From: Octopus bimaculoides
Lineage: Eukaryota
Reading direction: 5' to 3'
NCBI RefSeq assembly: GCF_001194135.2
Contig: NC_068985.1
Coordinates: 119,282,151 to 119,346,150 of the forward strand
Length of the DNA: 64,000 nucleotides
The position numbers and the translations under genes were made by a program. Below the pieces are notes generated by a model. The model was given only the letters and a program-made list of their open reading frames with translations, made no database searches and was not told the DNA's origin. Below, one piece after another: positions 12,226 to 25,455 of the stretch (the first letter of the stretch is position 1; each line of letters opens with the position of its first letter).

Positions 12226-13139
12226 CTCCAATATTCCTTCAAAAAAAAAAAAAAAAAAAGTTGATAATTAGCTAACTAGCAAAGATATCCAGCCTTACTT
12301 GGGATTAAAATGGTATAGTGCGTGTGTGTGTGTGTGTGTGTTTTACAGTCATGTTGAAACAGGTGATAGGGGAAAGTGCAGCATTGATGACAAAACATTT
12401 GTGGAGTAAATGATGGTCTAATTCAACTAAGCGACATGTAATAGGGCATGGAATCCTCGGAATAGACATATCATGGAAAATTAGGAGTGGGTGGGGGTAT
12501 GTAACTTTTGAACCTGCTGAAAAGCTTTCAGTGGATATACATACCATTTGAGGCGGTTAGTGCTGCATCTTAACACGACCCATCACCTGGTTAACAGTCA
12601 AATGAATGGAGGTGTAACGAAGATATTGTACATAAATGGGTACATTTCGGAAATAGGCTGCAATGGGAGACTGCAGCGGAGAAGTGAACTGTTGAAAAGT
12701 TGCAGAAGGCGAAGGGTTGACGGATTGCTGTTTTGGCTGTATAATAAGAAACAAAGTGAGCCTATGCAGTCACATGAGAATATGTAGTAATGAATTACTT
12801 GATAAAATAAGGCATAATGGCTTACCATGTGGTATGTATATAGTATGTCTATTTTTGTATGCAGTATAAACAAAATAGAATCATGTATGGAACTGCTAAT
12901 TTAACAGTAAATGCCACAATAATTATTAGAGAGATACAAAGAATTACGCATAGGATAAATTTCTTAATGTAAGGGTAAATATGTAATTGTAAATACATTG
13001 CAACTGCTGTGATATTTATTAACTGGTAATGGAACAGTAAATTTGTGTTTTTATATATACCTTGGGCCTTGCCACTTCTTTTTTTTCTCCCTTTTCCAAG
13101 AGTTTCACCTCTAGAATTCACATACATTCAAGCATGTCA

Positions 13140-14790
13140 GTCGTCATATATGTATGAGTAGATGTACATGTGTTTGTTTAATAATGTATGTAATGCAGAA
13201 AGACACACTTAGACACGTATACACTCACATACATATACTAAGATAGCCACACAGAGACATACGTTTACGCTTGTCATTCATTCCATATGTATGTGTAGGT
13301 GTGTGTGTGTGTGTGTTTAATAACGTACTTAACGTGGAAAGACACACTATGAGACATGTACACACTCATACACTTGCACACATGCACTCACAGTCCTATA
13401 CAAAATGTGATGTGGTATAAAATGTCCTGTTGACAATAGAAAAAATTACCTCTGTGAAATGTTACACTGTTTGAATCGAAATGAAAATAAAATTTTGTAT
13501 TGACACTGGCCAGCCTCACGTATAGTAAGATAGATATATATTCATGCATGTCAGTTGTCACATGTATGTGTAGATGTGTGTGCGTTTAATAACATATTGT
13601 TACATATGTATATGTGTATGTGTGTTTAATAACGTACCTAATGAAGAAAGAGACACACTGAGACTTGCACACACATACACTCAGACATACACAGTCATAT
13701 ACAAAATGTGATGTTGTATAATATGACCTATTGACACTAGAAAGATTATCTCTATGAAATGTTTTGTTTTGATTGAAATGAAAATAAAATTTTGTATTGA
13801 TACTGACCAGCCCTCACATACATATTGTATGTTCAATAACGTACCTAATGCGGAATGACACACACACACACACACTGACACAGACAGATACACAGTCATA
13901 TACAAGTAACGTTGTTGTCATCATCAGTCATCACATGTATGTGTAGATGTGTGTGCGTGTTTAATAATGTACCATTACATATCTACATGTAGTTGTGTAA
14001 GTTAAATAACATACCTAACGTGGAAAGACGCACACGCTATGAGACATATATACTTGCAGTCATATACAAAATGTGATGTCATGGTGGTATAAAATGTGGT
14101 GGATTGCAGTGTGGAAGATGTTTGTAATCCATTGAAGAACGCACAAAAACTGTTAGTTACACTTCAACATTTAAATTTCATTTGTGTCAAAATATTTTCG
14201 TCGCTTTGAAGCTGTGACCTGTTCACAGACAAAACTTCATGCTGCATCTCAGAAAGTAACAGTTAGTTCATGGTATGTATGTATATGTGTAAATGCGCAT
14301 GCATGCATATGTATGTATGTTTATGTACCGATATGTGTATCTGTTCAAGTTGTATATATAACTATTACTCAAAAGTTTGTATATATATATATATGTTCCA
14401 AGCACATGATCTCAGATCAAGTCACTTGCTATGCAAGTACATCTCCATAAATAGAAAGATTATCTGTATGAAATGTTATATTGTTTTAATTGAAATGAAA
14501 ATAAAATTTCATATTGATGCTGACCAGCCCTCACAGTGTGTTTAATAACATACCTAACGCGGAAAGACACACACATACATTCACAGACAGATACACAGTC
14601 CAATACAAAATGTGACATTGTCGTCAAGATTAGAATTAAAAGTGAAACATATTGTGTATTTAATAATGTACCTAATGTGGAAAGATACATACACTCATAT
14701 GCATTCACAGACATACACAGTCATATATACAATATGTGACATCATGAGAATTAAAAGTGAAACTATACCACATGACAATATAGATGTTAT
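13140..14790. repeat. Composite degenerate tandem repeat (two alternating modules with embedded CA/TG microsatellites)
   Basis: Module A (tttaataa-gtacctaa-gtggaaagacacac...cagtcatatacaaaatgtgat) recurs near 13176, 13316, 13625, 13833, 14004, 14540 and 14659. Module B (...gaaatgaaaataaaattttgtattga-actg-ccagccctcac) recurs near 13430, 13730 and 14450. Confidence 0.8.
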
Positions 14791-17199
14791 TCATTCAATT
14801 TTATTCTTCAAGTTTTGACACGTAATACAGAACCAGTGCCGATGTTGCATTGTTTTAATCCAAAAACATTACATGTTGATACACATGGGGTCTGATAGTA
14901 TTACCATGTAAAATTTGATTTGATTTGGCTGAGCCGTTCGAGAATGCATTGGGAACAGACAGAGAGAGACAAAGGATTTTATATAAATAATGTATTCTTT
15001 GTTCTGCATTAGGTTTCATATTATTTGGTGTAGTCATTGCTATGAAGTATTAGTGTAACTTTTAATGCAAGTTTTGCTTCCCCACCCTGTATATATATGT
15101 ACATCTCTCAGTGGAAAATGGAAAATATTGAAAGGCCACTCCGCTCAAATTACACCGACAATCTTGCGTCATTCTCATTATCCTAAAATCTGTGAGCAAA
15201 TAATTGATTCATTAGAAACCAGCAACTAATAATTGTTTACATTGCAATACAAATTGTAAAATAACCGTATTATTTAGTTGTAGAATATCTGTATCCTTTT
15301 CAGATCAACTCCAAACCCATCTTCATTTATCTTGTATTTATTGTGGCTGTGTCTGCTGTCCCAAGGACTTAAGGTACATTGCTTCCATTAAAAAAAAATC
15401 ACAGTGAGATATTTCTGATTTTATTTTGCTTTGTTTGACTCAAAACCTCAAGCTTAGATCTCTGCTAATGATCTGCCTATACAAATGGATGCTTGCATGT
15501 GTGAGAAGTGATGTGATTTGTAAGAGTGAGGTACAAATGAGGAATATGGAAAAGGAAAGAATGGAAATGGTAAAGGGCTCAGGGAATAAGCAGGGTATTG
15601 CTGAGAGAAAAAACCTGACTTGCAGAAAATTGAATTAGTGATGAATGTTTTGAAAAGAAATGGAATGAGATTGCTAGCTCATGTGCTAGCAAAGGATGGG
15701 GTTACTGGGCCATGTAGTACAATGAAAGGAGTAACGGAAATGAATGTGGAAGAAAGGGAAGACACAAAGATATAGCTGATGATGATAGAAGAACTGAGAG
15801 CATGGGGATTGCTAAGGAGAGATGTAAATGGAGTGGGTAAAACAGAGAACTGTCAAGGGGCCACAAGACAAAGGAAATGTTTGCTGTTGTATGTGTGTAT
15901 ACACCGCCAAGTCTGTAAAATGTTTTAGCAGCACACATTTATGTGTGGATATTCAATTACATTCATAGTCATTTACATAATTATATATATATATATAATA
16001 CACAAAATATATATGCATGTATACACACATATGTATATACTTTCATCTACATGTGTATATAGATGCATATCAGGGTACAGGACGTTAGAACAATGAACTA
16101 CAAACAACGGAACGAACACATAGGAAAACAGAAAGCCACTTGGGATTATTCATCAGCTACCTCTATTCTAACTCAACGTATATACATGCATATATACACA
16201 TGCAAATGCATCCATATCTGTATAAATGGGTACTTAATAGGATACCATAATGTAAAGATATTTTTTTCTATATTTAAGGTTCGTTCTTTGTGTTTATTTC
16301 ATGTAAAGACTGGACATCGCCTAACTAAATTGCAATTGATTTGTAGAGCACATTCAGTGAATAAATGGTTGGGTTAACTGAATCAGATGCACCTGTGAGG
16401 TGACATGTATGCCAATTTACCACAAGATTTCTTCTAGGTATTCTATATTTTCTACCTTAATAGTTTATGCAGTAAATGAGTATGGAAACATTTTCATTAC
16501 TCCAGCAGGACTGTGTCTGTTGAGTTCTGTATAAAAATGCTCATTTTTATTCCTTTGTATTGTCTGGTCATTTTATATCGAACCTCTTGAGGTCAACTCA
16601 TATTCATTAGTTTCTAAATCAATGATGGGAGATCTGATTAGAATTAGGGCTCAAAAAAAAAAAAATGTGTGCTATTTAGTCTAGTGGATAGGATTCAAAG
16701 CTTTCACTCAGGTAGCCTGGATTCAAATCTCATCATGGGAATGCTATTTGTTTTCAAGGCAGTGCCCCAGCATGACCACTGTCAAGTGACTAAAAACTAG
16801 TGTTGCTTCAAATAAGTTTTAACCTTTTGCCGCTGGTTCTATGCTACAAAATTTCTGTTTTAAAGTGTTCTATATTAAAACCTTGCATCAAAATTTTGTT
16901 TCAAACTTGAACTTAACAATGAAGATATTGCACTAAATTCTTTATTATTTTCAAAATTATTTGAAACAAAAGCAATGTATTTCAGCAGATATGCTAACAA
17001 AAGAATTGAGTAGATTCATGTTGTATGGAACCTATTCGGATTCATGAGTAGGGGTCATAGAAACAATATTTAAAACATCTTGTAGTGGGTCTCAGAATAT
17101 GAGGTAAGTTCCTGACCAGTCAATGCAGTAATATTGATTTCATATTCCATTTGAAACTAATTCAGTAATACTATTGATAAAATTATTTGAAAATAGGCA

Positions 17200-17570
17200 C
17201 AGGTGTGGCTATGATAAGAAGCATGCTTCCCAACCACATGGTTCTGAGTTCAGTCCCACTGCGTGGCACCCTGGGCAGGTGTCTTCTATTATAACCCCAG
17301 GCTGACCAAAACCTTGTGAGTGGATTTGATAGATGGAAAGTGAAAGAAACCCATATATATATATATATATATGTATGTATATATTTATGTGTGTGTGTGC
17401 CTGTGTTTACATCCCCGTAACTTAGCAGTTCAAGAAAAGAGACCAATAGAATAAGCACTAGGCTTATAAAGAATAAGTCCTTGGGTTGATTACTTTGACT
17501 AAAACCCTTTAAGGTGGTGCTCCAGCATGGCTGCAGTCAAATGACTAAAACAAAAGAATAAAAGAGTAGC
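17200..17570 (+). mobile_element. SINE family B (tRNA head, internal TA/TG microsatellite, tail ...ggtgctccagcatggctgcagtc)
   Basis: Full-length copy: ttcccaaccacatggttctgagttcagtcccactgcgtggcacc...gtgagtggattt...gaaagaa. Confidence 0.85.
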
Positions 17571-17699
17571 ATCCATATGAAAACTTAGTTGTTTATGCCA
17601 TAATAACTTACCTGTTATTTTTATTGCAGATGGTATCTTTCAGTAGTTTCCTTCCATCATTATGATGATTTTAAATACCTGCTTGTATACATTATTCCA

Positions 17700-17915
17700 G
17701 TGAGCTGGCAGAATTGTTAGCACCCCAGGCTAAATGCTTAGTGGTATTTCGTCCATCTTTATGCTCTGAGTTCAAATTCCGTTGAGGTCAACTTTGCATT
17801 TCATCCTTTCAAGATTGATAAAATAAGTACCAGTCGTCAAGAACTGGGGTTGATGTAATAGAATAACTCCCTTCCCTAAAATTTCAGGCCTTGTGCCTAT
17901 ATTTGAAAGAATTGT
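17700..17915 (+). mobile_element. SINE family A copy
   Basis: Same consensus as the 6257-7065 array. Confidence 0.8.
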
Positions 17916-19269
17916 TACTGTGAGTTGCTTATCACTTAATCTGGCAAATTCAAAGAAAGTTGTGTTTCACTGAAGAAGTCTAACAAGACCAAAGCATGTT
18001 TGGAGTAGTCACATGTACCTGGCCAGAATTTTTGGGAAATTGCTACTGCATTTGCCTGCTGTTACAACTACGACAATAAGGACAAAGCAGAGTCACTGCT
18101 TGTATGGCAATCAACATAGCAGGATTAATGTAAACTTACATTTCTTTAAGCTGCTTATCTGAAATATCTAAAGGTTAATTAACTTCTCCTTTTGCATTGT
18201 TAGAAGCTCTCCATCTTTGTCATTTAACCTTTCGGAGACAGAGCCTCATTTAGAATTTTAGTGCCTAGAAGACGGAGCCCTTTTCACAAGCCCTACAGAG
18301 GGCATGCACTTATTTTTAATAAAAAAAATTATAAAAAATAAAGTAATTACTTTACACATTTAAAACTATATAAATATATTCTTGTAGGAAGTGGAATGAA
18401 CTAATACAATCTTCTTTGTCATTCAACTTTTCGGCTGATAGATTGGCTGTCATCTCCTCGGGGTTAATATTAATTCTCTCACATAAGTACATACACACAC
18501 TCTTAACCATTTGGGACTACTTAGCAATGTATAAACAAGAACTAACTATTTTCATAACTATGATTGAAAATTCCGATATGTAAACTTAGCAAAGTTTCAT
18601 TTAATAGGAAAGAAGACAGGACTTTACTGCCAACTGAGAGGTAGCCATCTTAATATACCGAAGAGGTGTAAGTAGGAACTCAATATGGTGTACTCTGTGT
18701 AAACAATGGGTGTACAACAAATACAATCAAATCGTAATCTGGTTAACAGAGAAGGGCTTTGTATATAGCATTTTCATAGGAGTAATTAGTAGTAACAGTA
18801 CAACATTGTTTTAATGTCCATTTTTCCGTGCTCACATGAGTCAAACAGAATTTGTTGAGGCAGATTTTGTACAGCTGGATGCCCTTCTTATCACCAACCT
18901 TCATCTGTTCCCAAGCTGATCAGGCAAGTCTGCATAGGAAACAAAGGATGCTGTGATGGTGATATTTGCTTTCATCTGTCATGCTATTCAAGGAAGGAGA
19001 CAGTAACACATGCATATATAGTAGGCTTCTTTCAGTTTCCATCTACCAAACCCACTCACAAGGCTTTGTTTGACCTGGGTCTACAGCAGAAGATACTTGC
19101 ACAGTGAGACATACAAAGCAGCAAGCTTCCTCCTGTGTGGTTGATCTGCAATTCTTCCCATTCCTGTCAAACTGGCCCTTGTGCATCTGTGGTTATTATG
19201 TAAGTGTTCTTAAGCTGGCTCTTTTCCTCTCTTCCTTCTGCCAGCATCCACATCTGAGCAGCTAGCTGG

Positions 19270-19990
19270 TATAAGTAATGCATTGGTCCAGGTGCATTTT
19301 CCACTATTTGAAGCAGTGTTGGAACTCTTGTGAAGTGATGCCTTTTAAAACCTCCATTTTTTTTTCTCCTCTTCCACATCTGCAAATTCTGTAGCAGCAG
19401 CTTTCATCAAAGGTGATGACCTTCAAAAAAAAGGTCTGGATTAACTTCCAGTTGTTTTTTCAGTTCACGGCACACATTCATTTGTGACTGCTTTTGATCT
19501 TCTGTGAGCAAGTGAGGCACAAATTTTGCTGCAACTCTTTTCATTTGCAATTCCTTGCTCAAAACTCATTGGCAGGAGCTCCAGGACACACTAATCATAT
19601 CAACAAGTTTGTCATCTGTTTGGTGACAGTCCTCCAAGATCAGTTCATGAATTTGCATGATTTTTCATTTGTTTGGGAGGTCGACAGTCATCTTGAATGA
19701 GGTTGGTCTTCAAGCGACAAGTGACCATTCCTAAAGTTTGGAAACCACTCGCAAACTTGTATTTTTCTCATGGTAGTGACCTTGTAAGCTGTTTGAAGCA
19801 TGGCAACTGTTTTGGCCACCGTTTTTCCCAGCAGAAATCAGAATTTCATGGAAGCATGCTGTTCCTTCATTTCAACCATTGAAAAATCAACAAACGGAAG
19901 AAGCTTTGCAAAACAAAGATCACATGGCTTTACGACATAAGCCAATGACGTAGGTTGGCACACTGAAGCCTGAGAGTCGCATCAAGTGGC
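19270..19990 (-). mobile_element. Mariner transposase pseudogene (internal deletion)
   Basis: MVEMKEQHASMKF*FLLGK...ELQMKRVAAKFVPHLLTEDQK...LKVITFDESCCY is joined to C-terminal LKGITSQEFQHCFK*WKMHLDQCI. Confidence 0.8.
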
Positions 19991-21360
19991 TTCTAGTGGT
20001 AGGAGCCTCAACTACAATGGGTTTGTCTCACAGAGAATGTTTTTGGTTAGTTTTGGGTACCACCTCATATGTATTATATATATAACAACTAAACCGTATA
20101 CTTTACACTTCATTGTTTTTTGTTATGCATATGATCCCCCTGTATGTGGAAAAATATTAATTCATGAAACCAGTCTGTGATACAGTGCTACCCTAGATAA
20201 CAGAAGCTGCCAGTTACACCTATGGTGTCTTCTGGGCATTTGAATAAACATATTTCATGGACGCCCCTACCGTTAACTACTTTGGTGCATCTGTTACATA
20301 AGGAGTGTTCCTTTTCCAGTTTGCCTGTAATCCCCATTACAGCCCTTGTGCATGCATAATTTGAGATAGGTACACCATATGATATTAGTACCTATACTTT
20401 TTCTGCTTATCAAGAATGGCTACTTTCCAGACAGTTGCAGAGTCTTGTCTGCACTTCTTTTGCTAACTAAAACTTTTACCCTTTGCTCTGCTTGCTTCTT
20501 TGAGGTCTCTCAAAACTCAATTTTGATTCTACATTTGGAATTTCTTTCCTAATCTTTCATAAATACAGCTATGAGAACTAGGTCATTAGTGCATATAAAC
20601 ACATGTATGAGCACATGCACACACATACACAAGTATGTGTGTACTCACATGCACATACTTATGTATGTGCATGCATGCATCTACATATATATATACATAT
20701 GTATGTGTGTGTATATATATGTATATATATGTGTGTGTGGTGTATTCATTGTGTTTGCGTTGCACTAAAACATAAACATGTTTGTGTTTGAGAAGTAGAA
20801 TCTCAATCTAATGTGAATATATTTTAATCATAGCAACAATCTCAACATCTAAAGATGTTTTTCCCTATCCACTCTTAACTGATTACATATCTGTTGATAC
20901 GTAATCATACACACACATAATCTCCCCTACCAACCCACTCACTTACTCACCCACATACATCTTTGTTTTATCAAATATTTTCAGATCCATTTCCTAAACA
21001 TCTGTGCAATATCAAAAATAAACTACTGCTGTTTTCCATTTATCTTCTTAAGAAAGGTCACCATTTACTATTTCTATCATTAACATAAAATATTAAAAAC
21101 AAAAACAAAAAAGGGCTAATGAGATGTTGGCATGATCTTCATTGTTATCCCCTCTTCCTCCTGCTCATCTTCTTCCCCTCCTCCCCTTCTCTTTTTCTCA
21201 TTCTGCTTCTTCCCCATCTACATCCTCTTTCTCTGTATGTGCTTGTGCAGGCTGAAAGTTGTTAGTAGCAAGTGTATTTTCATTCAAACAGCCTCTATAC
21301 ATTCTGCTAAAGCAGAGTGAAAGATACAACTGCAAGTAACAAAAGGGTTAAATAGTGTAA

Positions 21361-21678
21361 ATGTGGTTCTCAACCATTTTTTTTATCTATGTACCCCTTT
21401 GATTACTAATTTATTCTGGTGGACCCTCATAGCCATTCATTTAAAAACTAGTTTTATAGACGATTCCCTAAAAATTCCTATTTTGTTTATCATACATTCA
21501 CATATGTAGGTTGAGCTATGTAAAACATCAGAGGGAGAAACCTTAGCTGTATTCTTGCAATAAATGCATCTAAGGCAACATTTTTTCATAAACCCTTAAA
21601 ATGCAACTGTGAACCCAATTTACTATTTTGCTAGTGTGGTCCTCCAAGAATCTCATATGGACCCAGGTTGAGAACACT
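21361..21678. mobile_element. hAT-like MITE
   Basis: Ends gtggttctcaacc ... ggttgagaacactg, with gtgtaaa on both flanks (possible decayed 8-bp TSD). Confidence 0.55.
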
Positions 21679-22634
21679 GGTGTAAAATACAATGTCTTGT
21701 AAATTATAAAGGAAACAAAAAATATAGACATGTTATGTATAAGTTTTCAATGTTAGATCTAATAAAATGGTTACTAATTCAGGCACAAAGTCTGCAATGT
21801 TAAGGGGACGGAGATTAATTAACATCGTCAACCCCAGTAATTGACTGGTACTTCATTTTGTGGGCCTCAAAAGGCTGAAAGGCAAAGTTGGTTTTGATGG
21901 GATTTGAACCTCAAACTGCAAACAGGTGTAACTAAATACTGCTGAGCATTTTGTCCAATGTGCTTAGGATTCTATCAAACTTTTGAATCTTGATTAATAC
22001 AATGTGAATTTCACCTAAACAATCAACAAGGGAGTCTATGTGTGGTTGCTCCACCTGTTAAAAATAGCAGCTATATTTCTTTTGTATCAAACCCTACCAT
22101 TTTAGAAAGGGAATGATACATTGTATAATGTAGCCCAAGGTAAACCACACAACAGAAATAACCTTTGATCGTAGATCTGCTCAAGCAAGGCTAAGGGCTA
22201 AACACACCACATAACACCAATAACATGAGAGAGGTTAGTCGCCAGTATTTAGCTTTAGTTTGATAGCATTAAACAAATGAAAAATAAATCTGTTCAGGGA
22301 GAGGTTAATGCAGCATGACACTTAATTATCCCTCATCGATCTGTCTCTTGTCTGTGACAGCTAGGTGAACTGAGGCATCTCATTGTTTTAATGACCATTT
22401 CCCCATCTTTGCATGGGTCATACAATTTTGTTGCAGTGGATTTTCTATGGCTGGATGCCCTTCCAGTTGCCAACCCTCACTTATTTTTAAATAAGGTAAT
22501 ATCTCCTCATAATCAGAATATGTTTTCATGGAAGATTGGGGATGAAAAACACTGCTTGCATAATGGTGACATTTGTTTACAGCTATCACATGATGTCAAG
22601 GCAAGGAGACAGACACACATACACATTACATATA

Positions 22635-24110
22635 CCCAGAACCACACTAATAGTTTAGGAGTGAAATTTAGGGATTTCTCGGTTTTCTGAGAATCGAATT
22701 TGATAAAACTTTTCCCAGCTGGTTTGCACACCATGGCAACACCAATGTTATGTTTTCATTATTCTGTGTAACATCCCTTATTTTTTATCTCAGATTCTTC
22801 AGTTTTTGGGTGAACCAAACTAACAGCACCTTAACGATGATGAAAAGTCTATCATCATCAAGGAAAGTGCTAATGGCACCTCTCTTCATGTCATTGTGGA
22901 GAAGTTAGGTTTTCAAGTGGACATGGTTAGATGATTCCTGAAGGACCCTTTGCCAAGGAAGAAACAATCTGGGACCTCCAAGACTGTGACAGCTAAGGAT
23001 TTAAGGAATATTGGCTGCAAGTTACATGGGAAACCCGGACAAACAAGCAAAGCCATTTTTACCGCCTCCAGACTTCCTCATATACCGAAAACCACCAGAA
23101 ATTGCATCCTCAGGACCATGGTTTCTGTGTGAGAACCCCTGAAACTGCCTCCTCACAGGAGTTTGAGGCTTCAATGGGACCAAAAGTACATGACGTTAGA
23201 CATGAGTTGTTCACTGATGAAACGAGGGTGACCCTTGATGAACCTGACAGTTGGGCAAATGGTTGGATCTGTTTTTGAGATGAGTGTCACCAACGTTTAT
23301 GACACCAGCAACAGGGCGGAGGAGTCATGCTGTAGGCTGGTATCATTGGGGACAGACTTGTTGGCCCAATTAGGATGCCAGAAGGGGTCAAAGTGACCAC
23401 AGCCACCTACTGCAATCTCCTGAAGGAAGTCTTGGATGACATACCACTGTCACTTCTAAGGAATCCCGTATTCATGCATTATAATACTCCCTCTCACTCT
23501 GCTAGGACCACCCAAACATTATAAGGGTCTTATGGCATACAAGGTGAAAGGTTGATGATGTGGCTGCCAGCATCTCCAGATCTTAACCCTATCGAAAATC
23601 TTTGGTCCATCATTAAACAAGATGTTCATGCGAATGGACGCCAATTCACGTCGAAAGATGTTATATGGGTGACCATCAAATCTTCAGTAGAGGTAGTCCT
23701 ATCTGCAACTATTAAGAAATTGACAAATTCCCTAACTAATAGAGTTTTTGAAGTTGTCCATCAAAATAGCACTCATGTGGCTAAATAATTCATTATGGCT
23801 ATAAATGTTTAATACTATTATGATTTTCTGTTAAATATATACTCAATGTATGCTTAATATGTATCGTTACCATTCATTTTCAGAAAAAAATGTCTAGATG
23901 GGCCATTTTCATTCAAAAGCTATTAGCATGGTTCACCCCAAAACTGAAGAATCTGAAATGAAAAAGAAAAGATATTACACAGAATAATGAAAACACAACA
24001 TAAGTGTTTCCATAGTGTACAAACCAGCTGGGAAAAGTTTTATCAAAATTGATTCACAGAAAACCAAGAAATCCTAAATTTCACTCCTAACCTGTTTGCA
24101 TGGTTCTTGG
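22635..24110 (+). mobile_element. Near-full-length decayed Tc1 element (1476 bp) with about 190-bp TIRs
   Basis: TA on both sides (22633-34, 24111-12) and long TIRs. Transposase pieces: MPRKKQSG..., LFTDETRVTLDEPDSW, WLPASPDLNPIENLWSIIKQDV. Confidence 0.9.
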
Positions 24111-24389
24111 TATGCAAATGAAGTAATTTTGATGAAGCATTCTGCGGTGTTACTTTAAAGAGTTTTGTTTGTAAGGATGGAACAATGCAGGAAGGTACAA
24201 AATAAATTACAAAAAGAAAAGAAAAAGAAAACAAAACAAAGTTGAAGTTTTACCTTGTATTTCTATATTTTGGGGCTATTATCTCTTCTTTGAGACATTT
24301 GGAAAAATGAGGGGTGGAAAAGTCATTGCTCAGATGGAAGGAAGGAGTAAGGTGGCATGCACAGATTGGTGTTGCTATAGTGACCAGTC

Positions 24390-24523
24390 TGCTTCAGTAG
24401 TTCTTTCCTGTTGTTAATGGCTAGTCTCAATTTGTTGATAAGGAGGGCTTCCATGATTCTGAGATTGCCTCTGTTGCATTGACTGGCCTTGATGGATACC
24501 TTAAAATCCTGCGTCTGGCACTT
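24390..24523 (-). mobile_element. Penelope-like element GIY-YIG endonuclease C-terminal remnant
   Basis: Translates to KCQTQDFKVSIKASQCNRGNLRIMEALLINKLRLAINNRKE, matching the F...L-x-I-x-EAL-x-I...IN-x-K-x-E end of PLE ORFs. Confidence 0.6.
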
Positions 24524-25314
24524 CTTTCATTTTTATTTTATTGAAGTGTTTGTGTGTATATATTCTTTTATTTGAATGTGCAATTTCCTGGCGATTCTCC
24601 CTATGTAGAATGCCCCACATTTACTGCAGACTACTTTATATACCCGTAGGCCTTTGTAGTTAAGCGGAAGTTAAAACAATGATGATGAGAATGATGAGTG
24701 ATATTAAATTAATCAGGAAATTATGTAAGGGAAATAACTCTTGATATGTCATTTTCTTTATGTTACAAGAATTTTCTTATGAACTTAATTGATTCACTAA
24801 TCGAAGTAAGTTCATAGTTATTCAGGGTCTATTGAGGAATTTGCTATTTATTGAATCAGAGAAAGTAGAGCAGCGTCCATGACTCTTTACTGAGCCTTCA
24901 AGAGCAGAGTAAGGAAGTTATCCACAAACAGGAAATTCTGCTCGATTGTTTGAAACAGAGAAATCTGCAAAATGAGATTATTTGACAGGACATAGAACCT
25001 CTTTTGGCAATGAATCTTTTAACAACAAAACTTTTTTGGCACTTGAGATAAATACATACACACACACACACATTCACACGTATAGAAATATACACATACA
25101 GATAGCTAAGTAGCTAGATAACAAGATATATAGAGAGAATGAAACTTAAAATGTACTTATTGCCCTTCAAAGCTACAAACACATTCCTGCTTGATAAACA
25201 CAAAAAATAAATGGTACACACACACGTATATACATATACACATACATACATATATACACATATATATATTCATACATACATACACACACATTATATATAT
25301 ATATATATATATAT

Positions 25315-25455
25315 AGCTTTCTTACCAACCACATGGTTCCGGGCTCAGTCCCACTGCGTGGCACCTTGGGCAAGTGTCTTCTACTATAGCCTCGGGCTGA
25401 CCAAAGCCTTGTGAGTGGATTTGGTAGACGGAAACTGAAAGAAGCCTGTCGTATA
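25315..25455 (+). mobile_element. SINE family B 5' half
   Basis: cttaccaaccacatggttccgggctcagtcccactgcgtggcaccttgggcaagtgtc...gaaactgaaagaagcc. Confidence 0.85.

Noticed and set aside
12620-12745. Selenoprotein-like read-through of TGA codons on the plus strand
   Set aside because: There is no SECIS-like structure, splice support or recognisable family.
17608-17680. Exon with a strong minus-strand donor (CAG|gtaagt)
   Set aside because: All three frames contain stops from the nearest acceptor, and no partner exon was found.
21132-21320. Acidic or hydrophobic protein-coding segment
   Set aside because: It is a purine/pyrimidine low-complexity tract with stops in the acidic frames.
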